Shown: positions 1-9,281, counted from the first letter of the stretch. The stretch: 15,190 nt of DNA from Pseudomonadota bacterium (GCA_043822785.1 JBDRBN010000040.1:1-15190); one strand, 5' to 3'. The notes: a model not told the origin generated them from the letters alone. Translations and numbers: made by a program.

Positions 1-21
1 TAACGAGGCTGCATCATGCAT
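1..21 (-). CDS. tnpA: IS200/IS605-family Y1 transposase TnpA, N-terminal 7 codons only (runs off the window)
   Basis: Minus strand reads AAGGAGG (26-32) then ATG CAT GAT GCA GCC TCG TTA = MHDAASL, resembling the M-x-D-x-x-S-L-(S-H) start of IS200 TnpA proteins. It lies just inside a typical IS200 end hairpin. Only 7 codons are visible. Confidence 0.6.
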
Positions 22-137
22 CGGGCCTCCTTGCCGTTGAGCCTTGGGCGGTTCACGGTTCGGAGGCTGTTTTTTACTCCCGCAAATGTCAAACCCTGTG
101 AGTCCCCCAGCAGAGCTGGGGGTTTACCTTGAAGCAA
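1..137 (-). mobile_element. Left end of an IS200/IS605-family insertion sequence
   Basis: Subterminal hairpin CCCCCAGC-aga-GCTGGGGG (104-122) in the context gagtcccccagcagagctgggggtttacc, typical of IS200-type ends. A TTAA at 138-141, 15 nt outside the hairpin, is a plausible target tetranucleotide. A second hairpin (34-58) abuts the tnpA SD. The boundary is approximate. Confidence 0.7.
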
Positions 138-374
138 TTAAGATATGCGTTTCTTGCTTGCAGCCCCAGACAGACATAACGTTATTTGGCAATCCTTTTG
201 ACTACCCTGTTTTGAGGATCATCCAAAACACTACGTTCAGATTAAAGAGTTCCACTCCATTTGCACCAGTTGTGGCAGATCTCGTGGGCGCAGCTAGCAA
301 GATGCGACCTGGAATATTCCCCCTAAAACCCATAACACCTTGATATTATTAAATAATTATTTTTCCCTATTTGC

Positions 375-402
375 GCAACTTTTGGTGGCCTTCTGCCGAT
401 AA
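375..402 (+). promoter_or_regulatory. Putative sigma-28 (FliA/SigD) promoter
   Basis: Perfect -10 GCCGATAA at 395-402. The -35 is degenerate (GCAAC, 375-379). It lies 40 nt upstream of the SD-led ATG at 443. Confidence 0.6.
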
Positions 403-442
403 TATAGATGTAGGGAAATGCGTGTATTTGGAGGAGTACCAA

Positions 443-655
443 ATGACGGTGAGTCGAGTGCAAAATAAAGTACAGAGGGTCCAAGAAAGGACGTCCGATT
501 TTGAGTCGCTCGTTCACCCGGACAAAAACGCACAGATCTTAAATTTTGCTCCGAAATCTAGCTTCAACATGGCGCCTGAAAAAAAATCACTCAAAGACAT
601 CGAGCAGGTGGCTTCAACTGCTGACGTAAGAATGCCCCGCTTTTTCCGCTCCTAA
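443..655 (+). CDS. Small hypothetical protein, 70 aa (MTVSRVQNKV...PRFFRS)
   Basis: GGAGGAG SD at 430-436 before ATG 443, inside ORF 371..655. Hydrophilic, no signal peptide. Ends 6 nt from the convergent pepA stop. Confidence 0.7.
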   Translation: MTVSRVQNKVQRVQERTSDFESLVHPDKNAQILNFAPKSSFNMAPEKKSLKDIEQVASTADVRMPRFFRS

Positions 656-661
656 TTTCGA

Positions 662-2197
662 CTAACCTTTCTTAAACCCACAAACAAAATCCACAATCGT
701 TCGCACCGCTATGCCTGTTGCGCCTTTGGGACAAGTTGGCAATGACTCGTCTGTCCATGAAGAAGCTGCGATGTCCAAATGCGCCCACGGCGTATCGTCC
801 ACAAATTCACGCAAGAACAATGCACCGAGAATAGTCTGGGCCTTGCTCTTGCCGTTGTTGTTGAGATCTGCAATGCCTGATGTATAGCCCTTCTTGTATT
901 CCTCCACCATGGGCAGCTGCCATATGGGTTCTCCTGTTGCCTCTGCGCTTCGCTTAAGCTTATCAACAAGCTTCTGGTCGCTTCCCAACACAATTGAATA
1001 CAACTCTCCACAACAGTAAGCAGCACCGCCTGTAAGTGTAGCCAGATCCACTATGGCATCGGGTTTCTTATCAACCGCATATGAAAGACCATCTGCCACA
1101 ACGAGCCTTCCTTCAGCATCAGCATTTATGATCTCCACTGTTTTGCCATTGCGCATCTTTATTATATCGCCTGGCTTTATGGCTTTTCCGTCCGGCAGAT
1201 TTTCAGATGCAGCAACAAATGCGCTCACCTGTACGGCCGGCTTAAGCTGTGCAATGGCCTGCATCGCCGCTATCACCGATGCTGCACCTGCCATGTCGCT
1301 CTTCATGTCCTCCATTTGACGTGGGGGCTTAAGCGACAACCCGCCTGCATCAAATGTTATTCCTTTGCCAATCAAGGCCACGTGACCGTGAGATCTGTCC
1401 TTGGGTTTATATGTTAGGATAATAAAGGAAGGCGGCTCTGCTGACCCGCGGCTCACAGCTAAAAGCCCGTTCATTCTCTCGCGCTTAATAGCATCAGATG
1501 CGAGCACATTGCATTTTAAACCAAAGCCCGCAGCCATCTTTTTTGCAAACGCAGCAAGCAGTTTAGGTGTTGCATCAATTCCTGGGGTATTTACAAGATC
1601 GCGCGCTATGTTCTGGGCCTCGGCAACAATTCTGCCGATTTCAACAGCTTCCCTTACCGGCCCAGCATCACCCTGATATAAAAAAGTTGTTTTTGTCAGT
1701 CGGGGTTTCTCGTCTTCTTTGTCAGTCTTGTATTTGTCAAAGCGATAAGCACCCAAGATCGTACCTTCAGCAATGGCGCGCGCCCTGTTCGCAGCCGGCA
1801 TCTCATCAATGGATCCACGCTCAAGAACCAAAGCTGCCGATTCAGCGCTTGCCTTATTGCACGCGCGAGAAATGGCGCTGCCAGCAGCGCGAAGGACTTC
1901 CAGGTTGCACTCAGTCCTTGGCCCCATGCCCACAAGCAGCACAAAACGCGCCGGTATCCTGCCCGTTGTAAACAGAAGACGGCTCGTTCCCTTGGCGCCG
2001 GTAAAACACTCGGCTGCGATTTGTTTTGAAATCTCGCCCCCCAGCGCACGATCAAGATCTATGCCTCCGTCGATATGTTTTATGAGGGCATGTTTCTTCT
2101 TGCCCTCTGACTCCTCTTCTGAACGTTCAAAAAGCCCAATGGCCACAAGTTCGGTCTTAAAGGATTGTGGTGTCGCCTTTGCTACTGAAAATTTCAT
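662..2197 (-). CDS. pepA: Leucyl aminopeptidase (peptidase M17)
   Basis: M17 motifs GKGITFDAGGLSLKP, MKSDMAGAA, NADAEGRL, DLATLTG, WAHLDIA. Start moved from 2221 to ATG 2197 because of the AAAGGAG SD. Confidence 0.96.
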   Translation of the reverse strand: MKFSVAKATPQSFKTELVAIGLFERSEEESEGKKKHALIKHIDGGIDLDRALGGEISKQIAAECFTGAKGTSRLLFTTGRIPARFVLLVGMGPRTECNLEVLRAAGSAISRACNKASAESAALVLERGSIDEMPAANRARAIAEGTILGAYRFDKYKTDKEDEKPRLTKTTFLYQGDAGPVREAVEIGRIVAEAQNIARDLVNTPGIDATPKLLAAFAKKMAAGFGLKCNVLASDAIKRERMNGLLAVSRGSAEPPSFIILTYKPKDRSHGHVALIGKGITFDAGGLSLKPPRQMEDMKSDMAGAASVIAAMQAIAQLKPAVQVSAFVAASENLPDGKAIKPGDIIKMRNGKTVEIINADAEGRLVVADGLSYAVDKKPDAIVDLATLTGGAAYCCGELYSIVLGSDQKLVDKLKRSAEATGEPIWQLPMVEEYKKGYTSGIADLNNNGKSKAQTILGALFLREFVDDTPWAHLDIAASSWTDESLPTCPKGATGIAVRTIVDFVCGFKKG

Positions 2198-2255
2198 AAT
2201 ATCTCCTTTGACCTCTCGCATTTAATACTTCTGGGTATATTGGTCAACACTACAC

Positions 2256-2291
2256 GCTTCCGCTTCCGAGCCTGCGTCCGCGTCCGCACCC
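2256..2291. repeat. Degenerate hexamer tandem repeat (GCTTCC/GCGTCC-like, 6 units)
   Basis: gcttcc gcttcc gagcct gcgtcc gcgtcc gcaccc in the divergent pepA/methyltransferase gap. Confidence 0.7.
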
Positions 2292-2337
2292 GACTGCTCC
2301 CTTGCTACTACCGCCTCTTTACGCTACAAATACTGCT

Positions 2338-3111
2338 ATGTCCGAATCCTTTGAACAAACTCTGAGACGTGCCATGACTGCGCTCGGGCATGTTGTAGAA
2401 AAGCTCATAGGCAAAGCACAAAAGGCAAAGGCGCAGGTTGGAACCCGTGGAGGTTTGCAGCCCATGCTCTCTTTGGAGAGCCAGCTCACAATGGATCGCA
2501 TCAAGGATTTGGTCGAAGAATCTGTCAAAAAAATCATGACCGATGCTATTCCCCAACTCACAGGACAAGCAGCGCTTGAAATTGGAGATGCCCCAGCGCT
2601 TTACGGACCAAAACTCTTGGGCGCACAAGCTGATGTGGTAATGGGCGTAGAAATTGGAGGAACGTTTTCACAAAAACAAAGCGATGCTTCTCGAGGACTT
2701 GTCATTCATGCAAAATCAGCTCGGCTTCCTTTCCCAAACCAAAAGTTCTCCTATGTCTTAGGAAGGCTGGCCACACCCCATCAAGGGGATATGGCACGAG
2801 CTATAAGTGAAATAGGTCGAGTTTTGGCGCCTGGCGGCCGGGGCGTAATAATCGACTTTCACCCACTTGGCCTCTATGCTAAACGCGGTGGCCATAGGGC
2901 AAGATCCATAGAATCGAACATTCATAAAATTGAGGAATACTATATGCTGTGCCGAAAGGCAGGGCTTAGGGTTGTGGATTTAAGAGAGGCGTTCATCGAC
3001 GAGAGCACGCGCAGCCTTTTTAAGGATGATGAGATACCAGCCTATCGTTCACTTAAGGGAACGCCTTTGTTGGTGTTCTTGTTTATATATAAACTTAAGA
3101 AGAAAACCTAA
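2338..3111 (+). CDS. Class I SAM-dependent methyltransferase-fold protein (Methyltransf_11/BioC-like) with degenerate motif I
   Basis: ARLPFPNQKFSYV and AISEIGRVLAPGGRGVIIDFHP are typical class I MTase motifs. Motif I reads ALEIGDAPA. Start placed at ATG 2338; no clear SD. Confidence 0.8.
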   Translation: MSESFEQTLRRAMTALGHVVEKLIGKAQKAKAQVGTRGGLQPMLSLESQLTMDRIKDLVEESVKKIMTDAIPQLTGQAALEIGDAPALYGPKLLGAQADVVMGVEIGGTFSQKQSDASRGLVIHAKSARLPFPNQKFSYVLGRLATPHQGDMARAISEIGRVLAPGGRGVIIDFHPLGLYAKRGGHRARSIESNIHKIEEYYMLCRKAGLRVVDLREAFIDESTRSLFKDDEIPAYRSLKGTPLLVFLFIYKLKKKT

Positions 3112-3113
3112 CA

Positions 3114-3154
3114 TCGGCTAACGGCTTACAGCTAACAGCAAATGCCGTAAGCTG
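3114..3154. repeat. Heptamer repeat (ACRGCTA-like x4) with an inverted copy forming a hairpin
   Basis: tcggcta acggctt acagcta acagcaa (3114-3141), then gccgtaagctg (3144-3154), which can pair with 3122-3132 (one G-U, one mismatch). Confidence 0.7.
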
Positions 3155-3171
3155 CTTGAATTGGAGACAAC

Positions 3172-3633
3172 ATGAACTACGATGATAAGCTTGAGGAGCT
3201 GTTTATAGACCTTCCTGAACCGCCGCCCCATAAAGGAAACACCGTAGGCATTATAAAAACAGGAAACCTCCTTCTTGTCTGCGGCGTGCTACCTCTTTTA
3301 AGCGGCAAAGTTCAGAACCCAGGCAGAGTAGGCATAGAGGTAAGACTCGATAATGCAAAACTCTCTGCAAGGACTGCAGCTGTTATGGCGCTTGCATATG
3401 CAAGGGATGAACTTGGAGGAACGTTAAACAAGATAAAGCGAGTAATTCGAGTGGATGGTTATGTAGCATGCGGAGCGGATTTTAAAGATCATGCCAAAGT
3501 CGTGGACGGAGCTAGCGAATTGTATGCGCAGATATTCGGGAAATTTGGTAAACATGTACGTAACTCAGTAGGTGCATCTAGCCTGCCTGACAATTCGTGT
3601 GTAGAGTTGTCTGTAGTATTTGAAGTAAAGTGA
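3172..3633 (+). CDS. RidA/YjgF/YER057c/UK114 family protein
   Basis: Motifs LPEPP, GNLLLVCGVLP, VDGASELYAQIFGKFGKHVRNSVG, LPDNSCVEL; the conserved Arg is present. GGAG SD. Confidence 0.93.
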   Translation: MNYDDKLEELFIDLPEPPPHKGNTVGIIKTGNLLLVCGVLPLLSGKVQNPGRVGIEVRLDNAKLSARTAAVMALAYARDELGGTLNKIKRVIRVDGYVACGADFKDHAKVVDGASELYAQIFGKFGKHVRNSVGASSLPDNSCVELSVVFEVK

Positions 3634-3642
3634 GGGGAATGA

Positions 3643-3677
3643 ACTGGTCACTGGTTACTGATCACTGATTACTGAGT
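3643..3677. repeat. Heptamer tandem repeat (ACTGGTC-like x5)
   Basis: actggtc actggtt actgatc actgatt actgagt, between convergent genes and overlapping the lipoprotein stop codon (3669-3671). Confidence 0.85.
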
Positions 3678-4673
3678 AGGTGCTACATACACCATTGCCC
3701 CTGCGGTTGCCCCTTTAAGCCACTTATCTGATGTGTTATCATAAGTGATTCCAACCATCAAAGGATCGCCCGCAGAAAAGGATACGCTCCCGGAATCCAC
3801 ATAAGGATTATCTGAAAGCTGAATTATCTTGTGCTGCTCATCTAGGTCGGCCCCAGCAGTCCAGAACGGTTCAAGGTCTGTGCCCGCAGTCAGTTCCACA
3901 GATGCTCCATAATCCTGAAGCACAGCATAAGCTACCACGAGCTTTGATGCCTTGGACACTTGATAGGTTGCGGTTTGTTCAGAAAAAGAGCCTGGCTCGA
4001 TTTCTAAGGGCGTATGTTCGCACGCGTCCATTTCCAAAAGCATGGGCTTTACATCTTTAAGATCTGCAAACTCGTTTATTGGACGGGCCACGAGCGTAAG
4101 TTCAAAATATACACCTGCATAGCTCTGGTCTGTGGGATTGGCCAAGATGATCTTGGCTTCGATAGGATCGTTTGGCAGCAAGGGATAGCCATATCCTTGA
4201 GGCAGCTCTATACCGGTAAGCAAAGATGTGGCGATGAACAAGGGATTTCCGCTGCCAGCATCCGAGCAAAGAGGGTTCTCTTCATGCATGTTTGAAATTA
4301 TAGCCTGATGTAAGAGTTCTGACGGAAGCTCGGTTCCGGCTGAATCAACCACCTTGGGCTCAAAACCTGTAACCCAAACGGCCTCGTTTGTCTGAAAAGT
4401 CATTTCAAGGGGTGCGTCCAATGCATCTTGGACCTTTGTTCCAGCTGCAAGATCTACAGGCCCCACGTGGAACACAATGCGTTTTTGCCAGGCTGCATCT
4501 GCCAGCTCGTCATTTACTGATGGCGATGGCAGCTGGCCTTCATTTCCGGCCTCTGAGGGTGTTAAATAATCAGGTGCGCTGCTTGAAGGTGTGCAGCTTA
4601 CGAAAAATAAAAGAACCATTAGCGTGGCAGCTAATGATAAGTGCTTGATATTTAAGGTTTTTGATAATTTCAT
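3669..4673 (-). CDS. Lipoprotein with probable PHM/PNGase F-like (copper type II monooxygenase-like) double beta-sandwich fold
   Basis: Signal peptide with lipobox-like FVSC and a Ser/Pro linker. Then ELLHQA, LPQGYGYP, ANPT, LQDYG and YDNT...GAT, which line up with my recollection of bacterial PHM-like families. The fold call is tentative. Confidence 0.65.
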   Translation of the reverse strand: MKLSKTLNIKHLSLAATLMVLLFFVSCTPSSSAPDYLTPSEAGNEGQLPSPSVNDELADAAWQKRIVFHVGPVDLAAGTKVQDALDAPLEMTFQTNEAVWVTGFEPKVVDSAGTELPSELLHQAIISNMHEENPLCSDAGSGNPLFIATSLLTGIELPQGYGYPLLPNDPIEAKIILANPTDQSYAGVYFELTLVARPINEFADLKDVKPMLLEMDACEHTPLEIEPGSFSEQTATYQVSKASKLVVAYAVLQDYGASVELTAGTDLEPFWTAGADLDEQHKIIQLSDNPYVDSGSVSFSAGDPLMVGITYDNTSDKWLKGATAGAMVYVAPTQ

Positions 4674-4765
4674 AATGCGTTTTTTAATGTGTTTTCAATC
4701 CATCCACAATATGCGCGGTGTCAAAATGCTGACGCGTCGTGTTGACAAATATTTCTTCAACATCC

Positions 4766-4796
4766 CCCTTGACTGTGGAGAATAAGGCATTATATG
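4766..4796 (+). promoter_or_regulatory. Putative groESL promoter
   Basis: CCCTTGACT (4766-4774) followed by GGCATTATATG (4786-4796), just upstream of CIRCE. Could be read as sigma-70-like or sigma-32-like. Confidence 0.45.
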
Positions 4797-4814
4797 GTCC
4801 CCTACCAATGTTGG

Positions 4815-4841
4815 TTGGCACTCGTCTTAATCGAGTGCTAA
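4815..4841 (+). promoter_or_regulatory. CIRCE element (HrcA operator)
   Basis: TTGGCACTC-N9-GAGTGCTAA, one mismatch to the consensus TTAGCACTC-N9-GAGTGCTAA, upstream of groES. Confidence 0.95.
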
Positions 4842-4894
4842 TCCAGCAAAAAGAAAGTTAATTTAGAAGTACTAATCAAAAAGGAGGAAGGTAT

Positions 4895-5191
4895 ATGTCA
4901 ACGAAATTCAGACCTCTGCAGGACCGCATTCTTGTAAGACGCCTCACAAATGAGGAAAAGACCAAGGGCGGTATCATCATTCCTGATACTGCCAAGGAAA
5001 AGCCGTTTGAGGGCGAGATCATCGCTACAGGTAACGGCAAAGTTATGGAGACCGGCCAAAAGCAGCCGCTAGAAGTAAGGACCGGTGATCGGGTGCTCTT
5101 CTCAAAATATTCCGGCACCGAAGTAAAGATAGATGGCGAAGAATATACGATCATGCGCGAGGATGATATCCTTGGCGTCGTCACCAGTTAA
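4895..5191 (+). CDS. groES: Co-chaperonin GroES
   Basis: [53 protein letters not shown]. Confidence 0.99.
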   Translation: MSTKFRPLQDRILVRRLTNEEKTKGGIIIPDTAKEKPFEGEIIATGNGKVMETGQKQPLEVRTGDRVLFSKYSGTEVKIDGEEYTIMREDDILGVVTS

Positions 5192-6871
<1,680 letters not shown>

Positions 6872-6900
6872 GTTGAGAAACAAGCTATTCATACATGAAG

Positions 6901-6930
6901 AGGCGGCTCCAAACAGGGCCGCCTTTCTTT
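6901..6930 (+). terminator. Rho-independent terminator of groESL
   Basis: Stem AGGCGGCTC / GGGCCGCCT (6901-6924) followed by TTCTTT. Confidence 0.8.
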
Positions 6931-6943
6931 ATATGAATACAAT

Positions 6944-6970
6944 GCGAGACAAGCGAGAAAGGCGAGAAAC
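6944..6970. repeat. Nonamer tandem repeat (GCGAGAMAN x3)
   Basis: gcgagacaa gcgagaaag gcgagaaac. Confidence 0.7.
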
Positions 6971-6990
6971 GTTGCTGGCGCTAAGTATTA

Positions 6991-7020
6991 TTGACTCCAA
7001 GAAAATCAACGTGTTACAAT
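6991..7020 (+). promoter_or_regulatory. Putative sigma-70 promoter with overlapping IHF consensus site
   Basis: TTGACT-N18-TACAAT. AATCAACGTGTTA (7004-7016) matches WATCAANNNNTTR exactly. Confidence 0.55.
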
Positions 7021-7041
7021 GCCCCAACTTTTTAGGGGAGT

Positions 7042-8778
7042 GTGAGCTTGCAAAGATCCCGACGAGCATCCCTGTTCTTGAATATTTGTCTTAAAACGAC
7101 AATTTTTGTCGCAACAGCGCTCATTTTTGTGCTGGCATGCGAAAGCGCTTTTGCGTTTAGCTTTTCCACGCACGGCTACTACCGCATGCGCGTTGTGGCA
7201 AACGATGATTTAGATCTTCAAAAACATAACGGCAATATCCCTTATTCCAATAACCGCTTTGGCTTCATACAATATAATCAAATGCGCCTTAGGCTTGAGC
7301 CCACGTTAAAGCTTAACGATTGGCTTTCCATACAATCTCAATTCGATGTGCTGGACAATATTCTCTTTGGCACCAACGACACGCGGGAGCTCAACATAAT
7401 TGCACCGGTCGTGGGCGAGCAAACCCTCCCTCCTGGTGCAGGATCCTTTTATATGACCGGCCCGCACACTGTGGGTGAAAACGGTGCAATTAATATTCGC
7501 CGTGTATGGGCAGATATTTTAACGCCTATCGGAAAATTCAGAATCGGACGTCAGCCGTCTCATTGGGGGTTGGGCATATTTCAAAACGATGGAAACGAAA
7601 GACAAGGTGATTTTGGCGATACAGCTGACCGCATCATGTATCTTCTGCAGTATGATATCGGAAACTCAAGGTCCATCACTGGCGGACTCTTGTGGGATAT
7701 CGCATATGAAGCGCAGTTTGATCCAAGGATTCAGGGCCTGCAAACAGCTCCGCTCTCAAACAGCCGCGACTGCCAACAATATGCGGCAATATTAATATAT
7801 GACGAGCCCTCGGTGACCGCAGGTCTGTTCGCTGGCATACGCCGCCGCAATGGCCCAGACGGCGCCACCACCATGGATGTTACCGACGCTTTAGGCAATA
7901 CCGTGCAGGCCGGCATCGACGGCAATACCCTTCTTTACTTTGCCGACCTGTATGCCCGTTATGCCTGGCAAAACTACACCTTCAAGCTGGAGGGCGTTTA
8001 TATTGGAGGCAAAGTAACAACCGGCTTGGCTCTTGATGCAATTCCGTTTGCAGGGCTGGGTGCTGGCGAAGGCATAATAGAGCTCCCTCCTGATCAGTCC
8101 ATGCGCACATTCATGGCAGCCTTTGAAGCAGAGGCCCACTACAAGTTTGGAGGAGCGTGGAAATTTCAAACCGGATTTGCGCAGGGCGATGCAAACCCGC
8201 TTTCGCAAAGAATTACCCAGCTTGGCTTTAGGCCCGATTATCAGATCGCGCTCATGATGTTTAACATGCCGCTGGGCACCTCGCCTTCGTTATATGGCCA
8301 GAGGGCAGGAGGAACCGGCGCTACACAATACTTGGCGGGCGGAAATCCCATCACAGGAAATTACATCAACAACGCATTTTATATCTCTGCCGGATACAAG
8401 CATAAGTTTGATCTTGAAAACAGCGGATGGGCACAATGGTTTAAGCTTGGCGGTAAAGTAACTACGGCCTGGGCTCCCAAGAAAAACACAAATATCAATT
8501 TTGCCGATCTCATACCTCAGGCAGGCAACTGGCCGGCATTAAGCGAAACAGCCGACTCAATGTTCAAGAGGTGGTACGGACTGGAGTTTGATGTGTCAGC
8601 AGAGGCCAAGCTCTTTGAATTTCTCTACGCAGCATTTGAGGGAGGCGTGCTTATTCCTGGCCGCGAATACAACATTGAGGTAAATCTTACTGATCCTGGA
8701 AATATCGTAGAACCAATTCCCAAAGATGGCGCAAACATGGCCTGGATGCTGCGCCTGACCACGATGCTTGAGTTTTAA
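7042..8778 (+). CDS. Outer-membrane beta-barrel protein, resembling the TIGR04551 / alginate-export-like family
   Basis: Signal peptide ending AFA, amphipathic beta strands and C-terminal Phe. The motif INIRRVWADILTPIGKFRIGRQPSHWGLGIFQNDG..DFGDTADR resembles myxobacterial TIGR04551 proteins (from memory). The start may be TTG 7048, given the SD spacing. Confidence 0.82.
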   Translation: MSLQRSRRASLFLNICLKTTIFVATALIFVLACESAFAFSFSTHGYYRMRVVANDDLDLQKHNGNIPYSNNRFGFIQYNQMRLRLEPTLKLNDWLSIQSQFDVLDNILFGTNDTRELNIIAPVVGEQTLPPGAGSFYMTGPHTVGENGAINIRRVWADILTPIGKFRIGRQPSHWGLGIFQNDGNERQGDFGDTADRIMYLLQYDIGNSRSITGGLLWDIAYEAQFDPRIQGLQTAPLSNSRDCQQYAAILIYDEPSVTAGLFAGIRRRNGPDGATTMDVTDALGNTVQAGIDGNTLLYFADLYARYAWQNYTFKLEGVYIGGKVTTGLALDAIPFAGLGAGEGIIELPPDQSMRTFMAAFEAEAHYKFGGAWKFQTGFAQGDANPLSQRITQLGFRPDYQIALMMFNMPLGTSPSLYGQRAGGTGATQYLAGGNPITGNYINNAFYISAGYKHKFDLENSGWAQWFKLGGKVTTAWAPKKNTNINFADLIPQAGNWPALSETADSMFKRWYGLEFDVSAEAKLFEFLYAAFEGGVLIPGREYNIEVNLTDPGNIVEPIPKDGANMAWMLRLTTMLEF

Positions 8779-9122
8779 TTTACTTGAATTGTTGTCTCAC
8801 CAGATCCTGACTTATTGCATATCGCAACTATTCTAAATTCATCTCCGCTATTCGCTACTATCTTGATAGGCGGTATGCTCTGGTTGCGGCGGCTGGTTTG
8901 AAAGTCGAATTGTTCTTTTTTGATTTCCTGGCCGTTTTTATAGATCACAACTTCCTTAATAAAATGCTCTGTTGGATTGGTGACTGGATGTTGCACTATG
9001 ATATTCAATTCCTGACGTACAGAATCGTATTTAGCATGAATTGCGTGGGGTGGGTTGGCGTGGACAAGGAGTGGGATTGCGAAGAATGTCAAAATCAATA
9101 TTAAGAAGAGTTCTTTTTTCAT
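8775..9122 (-). CDS. Small secreted protein with desulfoferrodoxin/superoxide-reductase-like Ig-fold motifs
   Basis: Signal peptide ending VHA; HPV..EHFI and CNKSG resemble SOR HPM..HYI and CNxHG. Its stop overlaps the convergent OMP stop in TTAA (8775-8778). Confidence 0.7.
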   Translation of the reverse strand: MKKELFLILILTFFAIPLLVHANPPHAIHAKYDSVRQELNIIVQHPVTNPTEHFIKEVVIYKNGQEIKKEQFDFQTSRRNQSIPPIKIVANSGDEFRIVAICNKSGSGETTIQVN

Positions 9123-9159
9123 AATAGGACAAACCCTGTTTGCGGTTCGAACCCCTGGT

Positions 9160-9258
9160 AGGTGGTATCAGCGCGCCCGGGAGGATTCGAACCCCCGGCC
9201 CCTTGATCCGTAGTCAAGTGCTCTAATCCGCTGAGCTACGAGCGCGCTGATACCACCT
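9160..9258. repeat. 13-bp perfect inverted repeat directly extending the tRNA acceptor stem
   Basis: AGGTGGTATCAGC (9160-9172) and GCTGATACCACCT (9246-9258). Confidence 0.92.
9172..9245 (-). tRNA. tRNA-Arg(ACG), CCA not encoded
   Basis: GCGCTCG TA GCTC AGCGGATTA GAGC A CTTGA CT ACG GA TCAAG GGGCC GGGGG TTCGAAT CCTCC CGGGCGC G: full cloverleaf, anticodon ACG, A20 identity base, discriminator G73. Confidence 0.97.
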
Positions 9259-9281
9259 TCAAGTTTTCAATCTGACCTTCA

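Noticed and set aside
202..333. 43-codon minus-strand ORF (MGFRGNIPG...) with an AGGTG SD-like sequence, possibly a decayed gene next to the IS
   Set aside because: Too short and no recognisable homology, so it cannot be supported as a gene or pseudogene.
44..343. 99-aa + strand ORF
   Set aside because: It runs through the IS end hairpins, has a TTG start with no SD, and shows no recognisable motif.
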